A DNA stretch of 64,000 nucleotides from Alphaproteobacteria bacterium. GTDB lineage: Bacteria; Pseudomonadota; Alphaproteobacteria; UBA8366. The translations under genes and the position numbers were made by a program. Below the pieces are notes generated by a model. It was not told the DNA's origin. It saw only the letters and a program-made list of their open reading frames with translations, and searched no databases. The stretch lies in NCBI GenBank assembly GCA_965228695.1, contig CBDDIB010000002.1:1497089-1561088 (forward strand), read 5' to 3'. Below, one piece after another: positions 37,980-48,109 of the stretch; the first letter of the stretch is position 1; each line of letters begins with the position of its first letter.

Positions 37980-38432
37980 ATGCATTTTCGAAACGCGCGG
38001 TCCGATGAACTCTCGAAACTCAGCGGCCTTTGCCTCAGGTCCAAGGCGGTCTGGGGCTACGATCGGGCGTTTATCGATGCGTGCCGTGCGGAACTCACGT
38101 TAGATGCCGACGATCTGGCTAGAACCGATATCTTGGTAGCCGAGATCGACGGCGCTGTTGCGGGTCTCTATCAACTCGATGTCGATGGTGATGCCGCGGA
38201 ACTGTTGAAGCTGTATGTCGAGCCGGCTCACATAAACCGCGGGATCGGCAAATCGCTCTTCGCTGCTGCCGCGCAGAGGGCGAGGAAGCGTGGGGCGATC
38301 CGCATGCGTATCGAAGCGGACCCCCATGCCGCCGCTTTCTATCGGCGGTTGGGTGCGGTGCGTTCCGGTTCGGCGGAATCCGGCTCCATACCGGGACGTT
38401 TCCTGCCGTGTTTCGAATGTCCGCTCGTCTAG
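37980..38432 (+). CDS. GNAT family N-acetyltransferase
   Basis: LYVEPAHINRGIGKSLFAAAAQRARKRGAIRMRIEADPHAAAFYRRLGA (acetyl-CoA binding R/Q-x-x-G-x-G/A motif). Confidence 0.8.
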   Translation: MHFRNARSDELSKLSGLCLRSKAVWGYDRAFIDACRAELTLDADDLARTDILVAEIDGAVAGLYQLDVDGDAAELLKLYVEPAHINRGIGKSLFAAAAQRARKRGAIRMRIEADPHAAAFYRRLGAVRSGSAESGSIPGRFLPCFECPLV

Positions 38433-38471
38433 CGAATTTGTAAGTCGGAGAATTTGCGCAGAGTCGACGGT

Positions 38472-40004
38472 CTATTCCGCGTCTCTCGCCGGTTGGTGCA
38501 GGCGGTCCCGCCGGGTCTTTACGGCTTCGACCTGCCGTTTAATTTCGGTGGCGTTCCAGCCGAGATGGGCCGAAACGGCCTCCGCCGCCTTCTGGATATG
38601 TCCATCGGTCAGCCTATGGCGGTAGCCGAGTCCCGTCCGGGCGAACAGGATGTCACTCAGGGACGAGGCATGTTCGGTCTCCGCGACATACCCGAGATGC
38701 GAGAGCCGGACGCTGTCGTCACCGTCAACGACCGGCAAGGCGTTTGCGTCGCCGGGCAGTAGACGTGGTGTGTAATCTGGAGTCTGCACCGCGCCGGAGG
38801 GGGCGACGAGCCGTCGGACCGCCGCGGTCATCTCCCGTCCCGCCGAACGGTGGCTCATCACCGGGCCGGCGGTCATGGCGAGCACGTTCGGCATCCCCTG
38901 GTCCGCAAGGTCATGAATCTCCCGCGACCGATTGCCCTTGGGGATGTCGGGATCGTAGGTCAGCGGGCGTACGCCCGCCCAGCTGTAGACGACATCGGAT
39001 GCGTCGAGCGCCAGCCCCGGCAACACAGTCCGCGTTTCCGCGATCAAAAAATCGACTTCCGCCGTGTTGACGCGGATATCCTCGATATCGCCTTCGTAGA
39101 TCGTTTCCGTCGGACCGATGTGATGGTAGCCACCCTGGCTCGGCAGGCAGTAGTGCGGCTCGCCGATGCTGTTCACCGCCGCGATGCCGTAATCGTGGTA
39201 TTCGGGCGGCAATTGGACCGCGATATGCGAACCCTTGGTGCCGAGGATGTAGCGTTTCCGATCCGCTTCGCCTTGGACCGGCCGATTCACCGCGTCGATC
39301 CAGATTCCGGCCATGTTGAGGACGACGGGCGCGGTGACGACCACATCGTCCTCGTCGCTCGTCAGGCCGATACGCCAGTCGCCATTTCCGTCCCGCTCGA
39401 TCAGTCGCGCGGTGGTGTAATTGCGAACCACGGCCCCCATCCGTTCGGCGTCTAGGACGGCATCGATGCAGAACCGTTCCGGCCAATCGAGCATGTATTC
39501 CCGGAATGTCGCAACGGACCGCAGTTCCCCGGGATCCGCCAGTGCGTTGACCAGCGGCAGCCGGCAGGCCTCGTCCGGCGGCAGGCGGCGGTAATCCAGC
39601 GGCACCGATTTCGGCCCCAACCCACCGAGGATTTTGAATCCGGTATCGAGATGCCAGGGCTTGTAGGGACCGCTCTTGTAGATCGGAAAGCACAGGGTAT
39701 ACGGCATCAGGCGGTCGCTGGAATCGGTCACCAGCTCCGCACGTGTCTGCATCGATGCTTTGGCCATGGTGAGCGCGGTGCGGAAGCGGCGCGGGCTCAA
39801 CAGGAAATCCCGTACCGGGTTCGGCGTTTCGAAATACCGCAATCCGCAGTGCAGCATCCGCGTCGACCGGCTGCTCGACCCGGATGCGAAATCGCCCTTA
39901 TCGACCAACAGGACGGCGTAACCGGTGGCCGCCAAATGCTGCGCGCTGCTGGCGCCGTTTATGCCGCCGCCGATGACGACGACATCGAACCGCTGGCCGT
40001 CCAT
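38472..40004 (-). CDS. FAD-dependent glycerol-3-phosphate dehydrogenase-like oxidoreductase
   Basis: FDVVVIGGGINGASSAQHLAATGYAVLLVDKGDFASGSSSRSTRMLHCGLRYFE. Confidence 0.8.
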   Translation of the reverse strand: MDGQRFDVVVIGGGINGASSAQHLAATGYAVLLVDKGDFASGSSSRSTRMLHCGLRYFETPNPVRDFLLSPRRFRTALTMAKASMQTRAELVTDSSDRLMPYTLCFPIYKSGPYKPWHLDTGFKILGGLGPKSVPLDYRRLPPDEACRLPLVNALADPGELRSVATFREYMLDWPERFCIDAVLDAERMGAVVRNYTTARLIERDGNGDWRIGLTSDEDDVVVTAPVVLNMAGIWIDAVNRPVQGEADRKRYILGTKGSHIAVQLPPEYHDYGIAAVNSIGEPHYCLPSQGGYHHIGPTETIYEGDIEDIRVNTAEVDFLIAETRTVLPGLALDASDVVYSWAGVRPLTYDPDIPKGNRSREIHDLADQGMPNVLAMTAGPVMSHRSAGREMTAAVRRLVAPSGAVQTPDYTPRLLPGDANALPVVDGDDSVRLSHLGYVAETEHASSLSDILFARTGLGYRHRLTDGHIQKAAEAVSAHLGWNATEIKRQVEAVKTRRDRLHQPARDAE

Positions 40005-40017
40005 CGTCCCGCCGGGC

Positions 40018-41082
40018 CTAATCCGACATCAACGGCAGGTCGACCGACACCCCGTGACGGTGGGAAATGGTCACCGCCTCGGTCCATTCCATGTACTTCA
40101 CGCCGGTGACGAAATCCGTATGCGTGACGGGCTCGCGGCCCCGGATCGCGTTGATGAACTCCTCCTCGACGCGCCAACTGCCGCGCTTTGCGGGGTCGAC
40201 GGCGACTTCTTCCATGCCGGTTTGGCCGCGCTTGCCGGCGTGCAGCGACATGGCACCGGACTTGTCCTCATGCAGGAACAAGGTGCCTTCGGTGCCGTGG
40301 ATATAGATCTCGGCGTTCGACGGCGCATGGCCCAGTACGGTGGAGACGGTGAAGCGCATCTGGCCGCCTTGTTCCATCCGTCCGACCACATCGATGTGAT
40401 CGGGAATGGTCATCGGGACGCGCCGTCCGTCCGCGTCGACGCGATGCGGCACGACGCTCTGCCCGATGGCGCAGACGGAGGCGGCGGGGCCGACCCAGCG
40501 CATCATCGATTCGTACCAGATCCCCATGCTCATGATGTTGTTGCCGGAAAAATCCCGGTCGTGACGCCAATGCGGGGCGGACGCCATATCCGGATAGCCG
40601 CTGTTGGCCGCGACTCGCAGGTCGATTGTAATCAGATCGCCGATGGCGCCGCTGCCGATCATCTCGACGATGGTCGCGTCGAAGCCGAGCGTGCGCGGCG
40701 CCGGAACGATCTGCGCGATCTGCGTCGGGTGGAGGCGGGACACGTCCAGCATCTCCCGCGCCTCGCGCAGGTTGAGCGCCATACGCGCCTCGCACAGAAC
40801 GTGTTTGCCGGATTCCAGCGCGGCGATCGTCAATGGGGCGTGCATATAAGGCCAAGTCCCGATGCACACGGCGTCGATCGCGTCATCGTCGACGATCTCG
40901 GTCCAGTCGGCGGCGGCTTTCGCAACGCCGAACTCATCGGCGGCCCGCTTGGACGATTCGAGCGTGCGGTTGGCGATGGACACGATTTCCACGCCGGGCT
41001 GTTCCAGAAGGCCGGGAATATGTTTGCCGCGGGTGTTGGCGCCGGCGCCGATGACGCCGACACGGATGACGGGGTCTGCCAT
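40018..41082 (-). CDS. Gfo/Idh/MocA family oxidoreductase
   Basis: IRVGVIGAGANTRGKHIPGLL Rossmann N-terminus. EARMALN-type region. Confidence 0.85.
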   Translation of the reverse strand: MADPVIRVGVIGAGANTRGKHIPGLLEQPGVEIVSIANRTLESSKRAADEFGVAKAAADWTEIVDDDAIDAVCIGTWPYMHAPLTIAALESGKHVLCEARMALNLREAREMLDVSRLHPTQIAQIVPAPRTLGFDATIVEMIGSGAIGDLITIDLRVAANSGYPDMASAPHWRHDRDFSGNNIMSMGIWYESMMRWVGPAASVCAIGQSVVPHRVDADGRRVPMTIPDHIDVVGRMEQGGQMRFTVSTVLGHAPSNAEIYIHGTEGTLFLHEDKSGAMSLHAGKRGQTGMEEVAVDPAKRGSWRVEEEFINAIRGREPVTHTDFVTGVKYMEWTEAVTISHRHGVSVDLPLMSD

Positions 41083-41158
41083 GGATGTTTCTCCCTAATG
41101 TTTCGGCGACGGGTCGCCGTCTGTTTCGATTCTTCGCGATGAACGGCACGCGTTAGGA

Positions 41159-42109
41159 CTAAACGTTGCCTTGCGGCGGGACGGGCGTCAGGACCGGTTT
41201 GCCGTCGAAATGGGCGCGCAGATTGTCATAGACAAGATCGCCCATGGCGCGGCGGGTTTCGTTCGTGGAACTCGCGATATGCGGCGTCAGCACCACATTC
41301 TCCATCTCGATCAGCGCCGCCGGGACGTCGGGCTCGCCGTCGAACACGTCGAGCCCCGCACCGGCGATTCGGCCGTTCTGCAGTGCCGCGACGAGGGCCG
41401 GTTGATCGACGATCGGGCCGCGCGCCGTGTTGATCAGATATCCCCCCGGCCCCAGCGCTTCCAGCACCGCGGCGTCGACCAATCCGCGCGTGGCCTCGCC
41501 GCCCTCGCAGGCGACCAGCAGGATATCGCTGGCGTCGGCCAGGTCGAGAAGGGTCGGATAGGAGCGGTAGGGCAGGTCGCCCATCGGCTTGATGTCGTGA
41601 TAGGCGATGTTGATCCCGAAGACTTCGGCGCGGCGCGCCACCGCGCGGCCGATACGGCCCAGACCCAGGATGCCGAGCCGCCGGCCGCGAACCGTCGTCG
41701 CAAGGTCCATGCGGCCCTGCAGCCATTTGCCGGCGCGCAGGAAACGTTCGGATTCGCCGATCCGGCGCGACGTCATCAGAATGAGGGTCATTGCGAGGTC
41801 CGCGACGTCGCCGGTCAGCACTTCGGGCGTATGGGTCACGATCACGCCGCGTTTCTGCGCGGCGACCACGTCCGTCGCGTCGAACCCGACGCTGAAGGAG
41901 GCGATGATCTCGAGATTCTCGAGCCGATTGATCAGGTTGGCGTTCGGTCCCTTCATGCCGCCGGCCAGGATGCCGCGAATCTGCGAACCGACCTCGTCAA
42001 GCAGCTTGTCCGGCTCGGCAGGATCGACGAAGTCGTGGATGGTGTATTCCTTCGCCAGCCGTTCGGTCAGAAACGGCGGCAGGACGGAGACCTGCAACAG
42101 ATCAACCAT
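41159..42109 (-). CDS. D-2-hydroxyacid dehydrogenase (glyoxylate/hydroxypyruvate reductase-like)
   Basis: RRLGILGLGRIGRAVARRA (GxGxxG), LINTARGPIVD, LTPHIASST. Confidence 0.9.
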   Translation of the reverse strand: MVDLLQVSVLPPFLTERLAKEYTIHDFVDPAEPDKLLDEVGSQIRGILAGGMKGPNANLINRLENLEIIASFSVGFDATDVVAAQKRGVIVTHTPEVLTGDVADLAMTLILMTSRRIGESERFLRAGKWLQGRMDLATTVRGRRLGILGLGRIGRAVARRAEVFGINIAYHDIKPMGDLPYRSYPTLLDLADASDILLVACEGGEATRGLVDAAVLEALGPGGYLINTARGPIVDQPALVAALQNGRIAGAGLDVFDGEPDVPAALIEMENVVLTPHIASSTNETRRAMGDLVYDNLRAHFDGKPVLTPVPPQGNV

Positions 42110-42325
42110 GGATGTTTGCCTTGTCGTTATTCACACTTCGCGTTCTTCAATCTTGGCGCCGCCGCCTTCGGCGCGTGCCACTGTGGCGCACGGTCGGCGG
42201 ATCGACAAGTCGTGCGGCCGCTTTGACATTATGATGCGTCCCGCCGTTGCGCTACACTGTCGATAAAAGAAGCGTGGCGGGGTTCCTACCGAGTCATCGC
42301 GCCGATATATCAACAAACAGATGGG

Positions 42326-43192
42326 ATGTATCCAATGGCCACTGAAACGCTGACCCATACCACCGAAGACATCGAATACCTCCGTCACGGCGATCGGCCG
42401 ATGATGATGCGGCTGTTCCGTCCGGCGGGCACGGGGCCGTTCCCGATCGTGGTCGATCTGCATGGCGGCGCCTGGTGCAAGGGCGACCTGTCGGAATGTG
42501 CGATGCGCGACGCGGCGCTGGCCGACGCGGGCATTGCGGCGGCGTCGCTGGATTTCCGCCATGCCGGTGACGGTTACCCCAGTTCGCTGATCGATATCAA
42601 CTACGCGATCCGATATCTTAAGGCCAATGCGGCGTCCTTGGGGCTCGATCCCGAGCGGATCGGCGTCACCGGGCAGTCGAGCGGCGGGCATTTGGCCATG
42701 CTCGCGGCGATGCGCCCCCTCGATCCGCGATACGCGTCCATCGCGCTGGACGCGGGCGCACCCGCGGTCGACGCCAGCGTGCGCGCCGTCGGCATGAATT
42801 GGCCGGTAATCAATCCGCTGTCGCGCTATCGCCGGGCGGTTCAACTGACGAACAGCGACGACACGCCGGACTGGGTCGGCGATATCCCGGCGCGCCACGA
42901 TCTGTATTGGAAAACCGAAGAGAACATGGCGGAGGGCAATCCGATGCTGGCGCTCGAAGCCGGCGAAGCGGTCGAGACGCCGCCGGCGATCTGGGTCCAA
43001 AGCCAGCCCGATCCGGTGCATGATTATCGTGATCCGGAATCTCCGGTGGACATGAACGAACCGGAACGCTTCGCCGCGAACTACCAGAAGGCCGGCGGGC
43101 AGATCGAGATTGTCCATATCGATAAGTCGGGGCGCGACACGCACGAAGCCTCGGATCCGATCGTGGCCTTTTTCCGCAAACACCTGATGTAA
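42326..43192 (+). CDS. alpha/beta hydrolase (esterase/lipase-like)
   Basis: VDLHGGAW oxyanion motif and GQSSGGHLA nucleophile elbow. Confidence 0.8.
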   Translation: MYPMATETLTHTTEDIEYLRHGDRPMMMRLFRPAGTGPFPIVVDLHGGAWCKGDLSECAMRDAALADAGIAAASLDFRHAGDGYPSSLIDINYAIRYLKANAASLGLDPERIGVTGQSSGGHLAMLAAMRPLDPRYASIALDAGAPAVDASVRAVGMNWPVINPLSRYRRAVQLTNSDDTPDWVGDIPARHDLYWKTEENMAEGNPMLALEAGEAVETPPAIWVQSQPDPVHDYRDPESPVDMNEPERFAANYQKAGGQIEIVHIDKSGRDTHEASDPIVAFFRKHLM

Positions 43193-43209
43193 GGGAGGCG
43201 GCGCGGGCG

Positions 43210-43581
43210 TCAGAAGCCGGTCGTTTCGCCGGCCCGGTGGGTGATCCGTTTGGGTGACGCATGTACGCCCATCGTGCGGAGCGGTGTCGTGCCCGTGTTG
43301 CGGAAGCCATGCGCCGTGTTCGGCGGGGCGACGATCGTCGAGCCCGGGCCGACGGCGGTGACGTTGTCTTCGCTGTCGATCCACGCCTCGCCGCTGCCTT
43401 CCAGCACGGTGACGACCTCCATATAGGGGTGCGAATGTGTGCCGGTGGAATAGCCCGGCGGCGACGTCTGTATCCCGACGCGAACCGGCGTTGATCCCGC
43501 GTCGTCGCCCACCAGCGTCTGGTAGATGCGGCCCGACTCGTGCTCGTCCCGCTGAGCGTCTTCGATGTGGAGTATCGGCAT
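43210..43581 (-). CDS. cupin domain protein
   Basis: GYSTGTHSHPYMEVVTVLEG...PPNTAHGFRN (two cupin motifs). Confidence 0.75.
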   Translation of the reverse strand: MPILHIEDAQRDEHESGRIYQTLVGDDAGSTPVRVGIQTSPPGYSTGTHSHPYMEVVTVLEGSGEAWIDSEDNVTAVGPGSTIVAPPNTAHGFRNTGTTPLRTMGVHASPKRITHRAGETTGF

Positions 43582-43725
43582 GGCGTCATCCTGTCCGGTA
43601 GGTTCGACTGTCGCTAGAATAGCGCAATTGTCCTTTCGCCGCGCTAATTTGGCCGCGGCTCCGCCCGGTGCCTATACTTCTCGGATATTCTTCAGGGTAA
43701 AACAGCAAGCGCGGGAGCCAAATTC

Positions 43726-45447
43726 ATGAGCGCGAAGAACCATGTCGTCGGCACGGGCGGGGAACTGCTCATGCATCAACTCGTCGCGCAGGACGTCGAG
43801 TATGCGTTTACGAACACGGGCAGCGCGGAGGCGGGATTCTTCGACGCTTTCCTGACCGTGCCGGGTGTGCAGCCGATCCTGTTGCTGGCGGAATCGCTCG
43901 TGCTGTCGGCCGCAGACGGTTACGCCAAGGCCGCGAACAAGACCGCCTTCGTGAACGTGCATTTGGCGGCGGGCACGCGGCAGGGATCGGGCCAACTCCA
44001 AAACGCGTATTTCGACGGGTCACCCATGGTGGTCACCGCGGCCTTGCGCGACAACGGCACCTTCGGCGACCACAACACGCTCGGCGCGTCGAGCGGGTTT
44101 TCGCAGATGGGTGCGGTGGAGGACATCACCAAGAAGCGGTGGGAGGTCATCGACGCACGCGGCATCCCGCTGGCGACGCGGCGGGCCTTCAAGGAAGCGG
44201 GCACCATGCCGACCGGGCCGGTCTATCTCGCCTTTTCCAGTCCGGCCCTGGACGCGACGGGCGTCGAGGGAACGATTCAGGCGGCTCATCCGCTCGAGAT
44301 GGCGGAGACGCCGGGCGGTTCGACGTTGGGCAAGATTCACGATGCGTTGCTCAATGCCGAAAACCCGCTTCTGCTGGTCGGCCCGGATGTGCGGACCGCC
44401 GGTGCCCAGCGCGAAGTGCTGGAACTGTCGGAAAACTACGCCCTGCCGACGGCGGTCGGGTTCTACGACTACGGCGCCTTTCCGCTGAAGCACCCGAACT
44501 ACGTCGGCATGATCGACAACATTCCCGAGGGCGGCTACGACGTTGTCTTCTGCGTCGGGTACCGGCAGAACACGCGCGCCAATGCGAAGGACGAGAAATT
44601 CACCGATTGCGGGACGATCATCGCCATCGGCCACGATCCGGCGGTAATGGGCAATACCTTCGCGCTCGACCTCGACCTCTGGGGCAACGTGCGGCACACG
44701 CTGACCGCACTGAACGGGCTGTGGAAACCTGATCACGCCAATCTGCAGCATATCCAGAAACGCAAGCAGGATTTGTTCGCCCAGAGCGAGGAACGGGCGG
44801 CGGCGCAAGCCGGCGATGCGTCGGATCGCAGCGCGGAAAAGCCGATCCATCCGACCTATCTCGGCGACGCCATGGCGCGGACCTTGGCCGGGAACACGAT
44901 GCTGGTGTCGGAGAATTTCCGCGCCTCCGATCATCTCATGCCGTTCGGCTACGGCGACAACGATTGGCGGATGGTGCGCACCTATGGCGGCAGTCTTGGT
45001 TATGGACTCGGCGGCGCGATCGGGGCGCAGCTCGGCGCGCCGGACCGGCCGGTCGTTCTCAGCATTGGCGACGGCGGAGTGATGTACAGTTCATCCGGGT
45101 TCTGGACGATGGCGCGCTACAACCTGCCGATCCTCACCATCGTCTGGAACAACATGCAGTACCAGACCGTGCGGACGAATTTCGCGTCCTGGGGCGGCAG
45201 CATGAAGGAGCAGAACCGCTACCCGGAAACCTTCCTCGGCGACCCGGCGATCGACTTCGTGATGCTGGCGAAGGCGCAGGGTATCGAGGGCATGCATGTG
45301 CACGACCCCGGCGAATTGGAAGCGGCGCTGCAGCGCGGCCGGGACGCGCAGGCCGCGGGCGAGCCCTTCCTGCTCGACGTTCATATCGCCAATGTCGGGG
45401 CGGGCGCGGACCAGAGCTGGTACATGCCCTACGCACTGCAATCTTGA
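43726..45447 (+). CDS. thiamine-diphosphate-dependent enzyme (acetolactate synthase-like family)
   Basis: N-terminal Pyr domain. C-terminal TPP motif IGDGGVMYSSSGFWTMARYNLPILTIVWNN. Confidence 0.85.
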   Translation: MSAKNHVVGTGGELLMHQLVAQDVEYAFTNTGSAEAGFFDAFLTVPGVQPILLLAESLVLSAADGYAKAANKTAFVNVHLAAGTRQGSGQLQNAYFDGSPMVVTAALRDNGTFGDHNTLGASSGFSQMGAVEDITKKRWEVIDARGIPLATRRAFKEAGTMPTGPVYLAFSSPALDATGVEGTIQAAHPLEMAETPGGSTLGKIHDALLNAENPLLLVGPDVRTAGAQREVLELSENYALPTAVGFYDYGAFPLKHPNYVGMIDNIPEGGYDVVFCVGYRQNTRANAKDEKFTDCGTIIAIGHDPAVMGNTFALDLDLWGNVRHTLTALNGLWKPDHANLQHIQKRKQDLFAQSEERAAAQAGDASDRSAEKPIHPTYLGDAMARTLAGNTMLVSENFRASDHLMPFGYGDNDWRMVRTYGGSLGYGLGGAIGAQLGAPDRPVVLSIGDGGVMYSSSGFWTMARYNLPILTIVWNNMQYQTVRTNFASWGGSMKEQNRYPETFLGDPAIDFVMLAKAQGIEGMHVHDPGELEAALQRGRDAQAAGEPFLLDVHIANVGAGADQSWYMPYALQS

Positions 45448-45460
45448 AGGGGGGCCGATC

Positions 45461-45871
45461 ATGCCGCACCAACGCTACCGGACCTACGCCCACACCATGT
45501 CCCATGACGGCGAGGAATTCGAATACGAACTCGCCATGGCCGTGAAGGCCGGCAACCGGATCTGGGTGCGCGGCCAGACCGGGCTCGATTTCGACGGCAC
45601 CTTCATCGGCGAGGGCGACCCGGCCGCCCAGGCCGACAACGCGTTGCGCTGCACCGACATCCTGCTGCGCGAGGCCGGCGCGTCGCTGAACGACATCGTC
45701 AAGACGACGGTGTATCTGACCGACCGGGAATACCGGGTTCCCGTGTTTTCCGTCCTGGCGCGGTGGCTGAAGGGCGTTTGCCCGTGTCAGACGGGCTTGA
45801 TCGTCAACGGCCTTGCCCGTCCGGAAATGATGATGGAGATCGATGTCGAAGCGGTGATCAGCGCCGATTGA
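45461..45871 (+). CDS. RidA/YjgF family protein
   Basis: ATG 45461 follows GAAGGGGGG. RIWVRGQTGLD...DIVKTTVYLTD...EIDVEAV. Confidence 0.8.
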   Translation: MPHQRYRTYAHTMSHDGEEFEYELAMAVKAGNRIWVRGQTGLDFDGTFIGEGDPAAQADNALRCTDILLREAGASLNDIVKTTVYLTDREYRVPVFSVLARWLKGVCPCQTGLIVNGLARPEMMMEIDVEAVISAD

Positions 45872-45977
45872 TCCGCCACGACGCGCCGCCCGCCGGATTT
45901 CGAAACCTGGGCCGTCCTGATAAGGTCGGTCGAGGAAACCCAACGTTCGATTTTTTTACCCTGCTGCGGAGTACCCC

Positions 45978-46853
45978 ATGAAAAAGCGAAAATTCGATCG
46001 GAGCGCCGAGGATCTCGGCAACGCCGTCGGCCTCGAACACATGAACGTGGCGGTGCCGGATCAACGTCTGGCGACACTGTTTTACATCATAGGGCTGGGG
46101 TTCACCCGCGATCCCTACCTGGTGACCGGCGTGGTCAACATGTGGGTCAATATGGGCCGCAACCAGTTCCATCTTCCGATCGGCGACCCGCAGGTAATAC
46201 GCGGGCGGACCGGCATCGTCGTACCGTCGCTCGACCAGCTTGTCGATCGTTTGGACACGGTCCGCGGCGACTTGGCGGGGACGAATTTCGGCTATAAGGC
46301 GGCCAAACGTCACGTCGACGTCACCTGCCCTTGGGGCAATCGCCTGCGCTGCCATGCGCCGGAAGAGCGGTTCGGCCCGGTCCGGCTCGGCATCCCGTAT
46401 GTCGAGTTCGATGTGCCCGCAGGGACGGCGGCCGGGATCGGGCGCTTTTACAGCGATGTCCTCGGCGCCACCGCCAGCGTTGGCAAGGCAGGCCGCGGGC
46501 GCGCGGCAACCGTCTCCGTGGGGCCGAGCCAGTCGTTGATTTTTCGTGAGACCAAAAAGAAGCTGCCGGCCTATGACGGCCACCACCTTCAGCTCTATGT
46601 CAACGACTTCTCCGGCCCGCACAAGAAGCTGATGAAACGCAAGGTCATCACCGAAGAGAGCAACCAGCACCAATACCGGTTCGTCGATATCTACGATCCG
46701 AAAACCGGCAAGGTTCTATACCAGCTGGAACATGAAATCCGGTCAATGACGCATCCGCTCTACGGGCGGCCGATGATCAACCGCAACCCCGCGATCACGA
46801 ACAACGCCTATGCGGACGGTCACCAGGCGTATGCGTGGGCGCAGCCGGTTTGA
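45978..46853 (+). CDS. hypothetical protein, possibly VOC (glyoxalase/dioxygenase)-fold
   Basis: Coding-like composition. GLEHMNVAVPDQRLATLFYIIGLGFTRDP resembles a VOC beta-alpha-beta module. The function is not recognised. Confidence 0.5.
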   Translation: MKKRKFDRSAEDLGNAVGLEHMNVAVPDQRLATLFYIIGLGFTRDPYLVTGVVNMWVNMGRNQFHLPIGDPQVIRGRTGIVVPSLDQLVDRLDTVRGDLAGTNFGYKAAKRHVDVTCPWGNRLRCHAPEERFGPVRLGIPYVEFDVPAGTAAGIGRFYSDVLGATASVGKAGRGRAATVSVGPSQSLIFRETKKKLPAYDGHHLQLYVNDFSGPHKKLMKRKVITEESNQHQYRFVDIYDPKTGKVLYQLEHEIRSMTHPLYGRPMINRNPAITNNAYADGHQAYAWAQPV

Positions 46854-46872
46854 TGCCGGGCGCACCCGCGTC

Positions 46873-47385
46873 TTACCGGATGAACCGCTCGACATAGTCG
46901 GAACCGAGCCCGACGGATTCGAAATGCTTGCGCGCCGCCGCGACCCGGTCGAACACGTCGGTCGAGCCGATGGTGTTGCCTTCCTCGTCGCAATACAGCA
47001 GCGCGCCGGAGTTGTGGAACAGGGTGAGCATGGTGTCGCCTTCGTCCACGACCAATGTGTGGACATCCCCCGGCGGCTCGAACAGGTAACTGCCCGCCGT
47101 CGCGACCCAGTCGCGCTCCAGATAGCGCCAGCGGCCTTCCAGCACGAAGCCGTGGACCGGCGCCGGATGCCGGTGCCGCGAAATGACGCCCGCCTCGGTC
47201 ACCTTGGTGAGATGGACCCAATAGCCCTGGCTGACATTCAGGCAGAGCGGGCGTGACCATCGGCCGGGACCGTTCGGCACCCAGAGCCGTTCGTCCTCGG
47301 GCTCGCGGCCGTCCTTCCAGAAAATTTCATCCAGCATGTCCTGCGGGACAAGCGGCGAGTAACGCTTCTCAACCGTGTCGGGCAT
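46873..47385 (-). CDS. cupin dioxygenase, 2,4'-dihydroxyacetophenone dioxygenase-like
   Basis: ATG 47385 follows AGGTGA. ISRHRHPAPVHGFVLEGRWRYLERDW...LFEPPGDVHTL. Confidence 0.65.
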   Translation of the reverse strand: MPDTVEKRYSPLVPQDMLDEIFWKDGREPEDERLWVPNGPGRWSRPLCLNVSQGYWVHLTKVTEAGVISRHRHPAPVHGFVLEGRWRYLERDWVATAGSYLFEPPGDVHTLVVDEGDTMLTLFHNSGALLYCDEEGNTIGSTDVFDRVAAARKHFESVGLGSDYVERFIR

Positions 47386-47536
47386 CGGTCTCACCTAAAA
47401 GTTGTCGATCTTCGCCGACTATACTGAAAGCGCCGCGTCTTCACCAACTCGGCCCGATTTGGCGGCGTGAGGACGGCCGTGAGACAAAAAGCGGACTGAG
47501 GTGCCATTATTGAGTGAACTACGGGGAGACCGGGCG

Positions 47537-48070
47537 ATGGCGACATTCTATATGGTGGAAATGCACTATCCGGAGTCGGAGGATCGCGCCGCGTTCGACG
47601 ACTTTTATCACAACCATATTTCGATGCTGCTGACGATCGACGGGTTTCTGTCGGCGCAGCGGTATGAATGCGGCCCGGACGCGCGGGCGCCCTTCCTGGC
47701 GGTCTATCGGCTGCGCGACGCGGATGTGATGACCAGCGAAAACTATACGTCGAAGGCGGGCCGCAACTCGGTCGACCCGGCCTTCCGCGCGAAGATGACG
47801 AATTGGGACCGCAACCTCGTGCAGGGCGAGATCGACGATATGAATGTGCCGGATGGCGGCTGCATGGTCCTGATTGACCGGCAAACGCCCGATAGCCCCG
47901 CCTTGCCTGACGGATTTACGCCGCTGGAGATCGTCGGCCTCGACGCGACGATCGTGCAGCGCGGCGTCCGGATTTTCCCGGACGGGAATGCGGCGGCACC
48001 GGAAGGGCCGGCGGAGGGATGGACGGTGCGAACGTTTCGGCCGCTCCAAGCGCCCCGGCATCCGGATTAG
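47537..48070 (+). CDS. hypothetical protein
   Basis: MATFYMVEMHYPESEDRAAFDDFYHNHISMLL. Coding-like composition. No family recognised with confidence. Confidence 0.45.
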   Translation: MATFYMVEMHYPESEDRAAFDDFYHNHISMLLTIDGFLSAQRYECGPDARAPFLAVYRLRDADVMTSENYTSKAGRNSVDPAFRAKMTNWDRNLVQGEIDDMNVPDGGCMVLIDRQTPDSPALPDGFTPLEIVGLDATIVQRGVRIFPDGNAAAPEGPAEGWTVRTFRPLQAPRHPD

Positions 48071-48109
48071 GCCGGTGCCGGAACATCGGCGCCGGCGTTT
48101 GACGCGCCC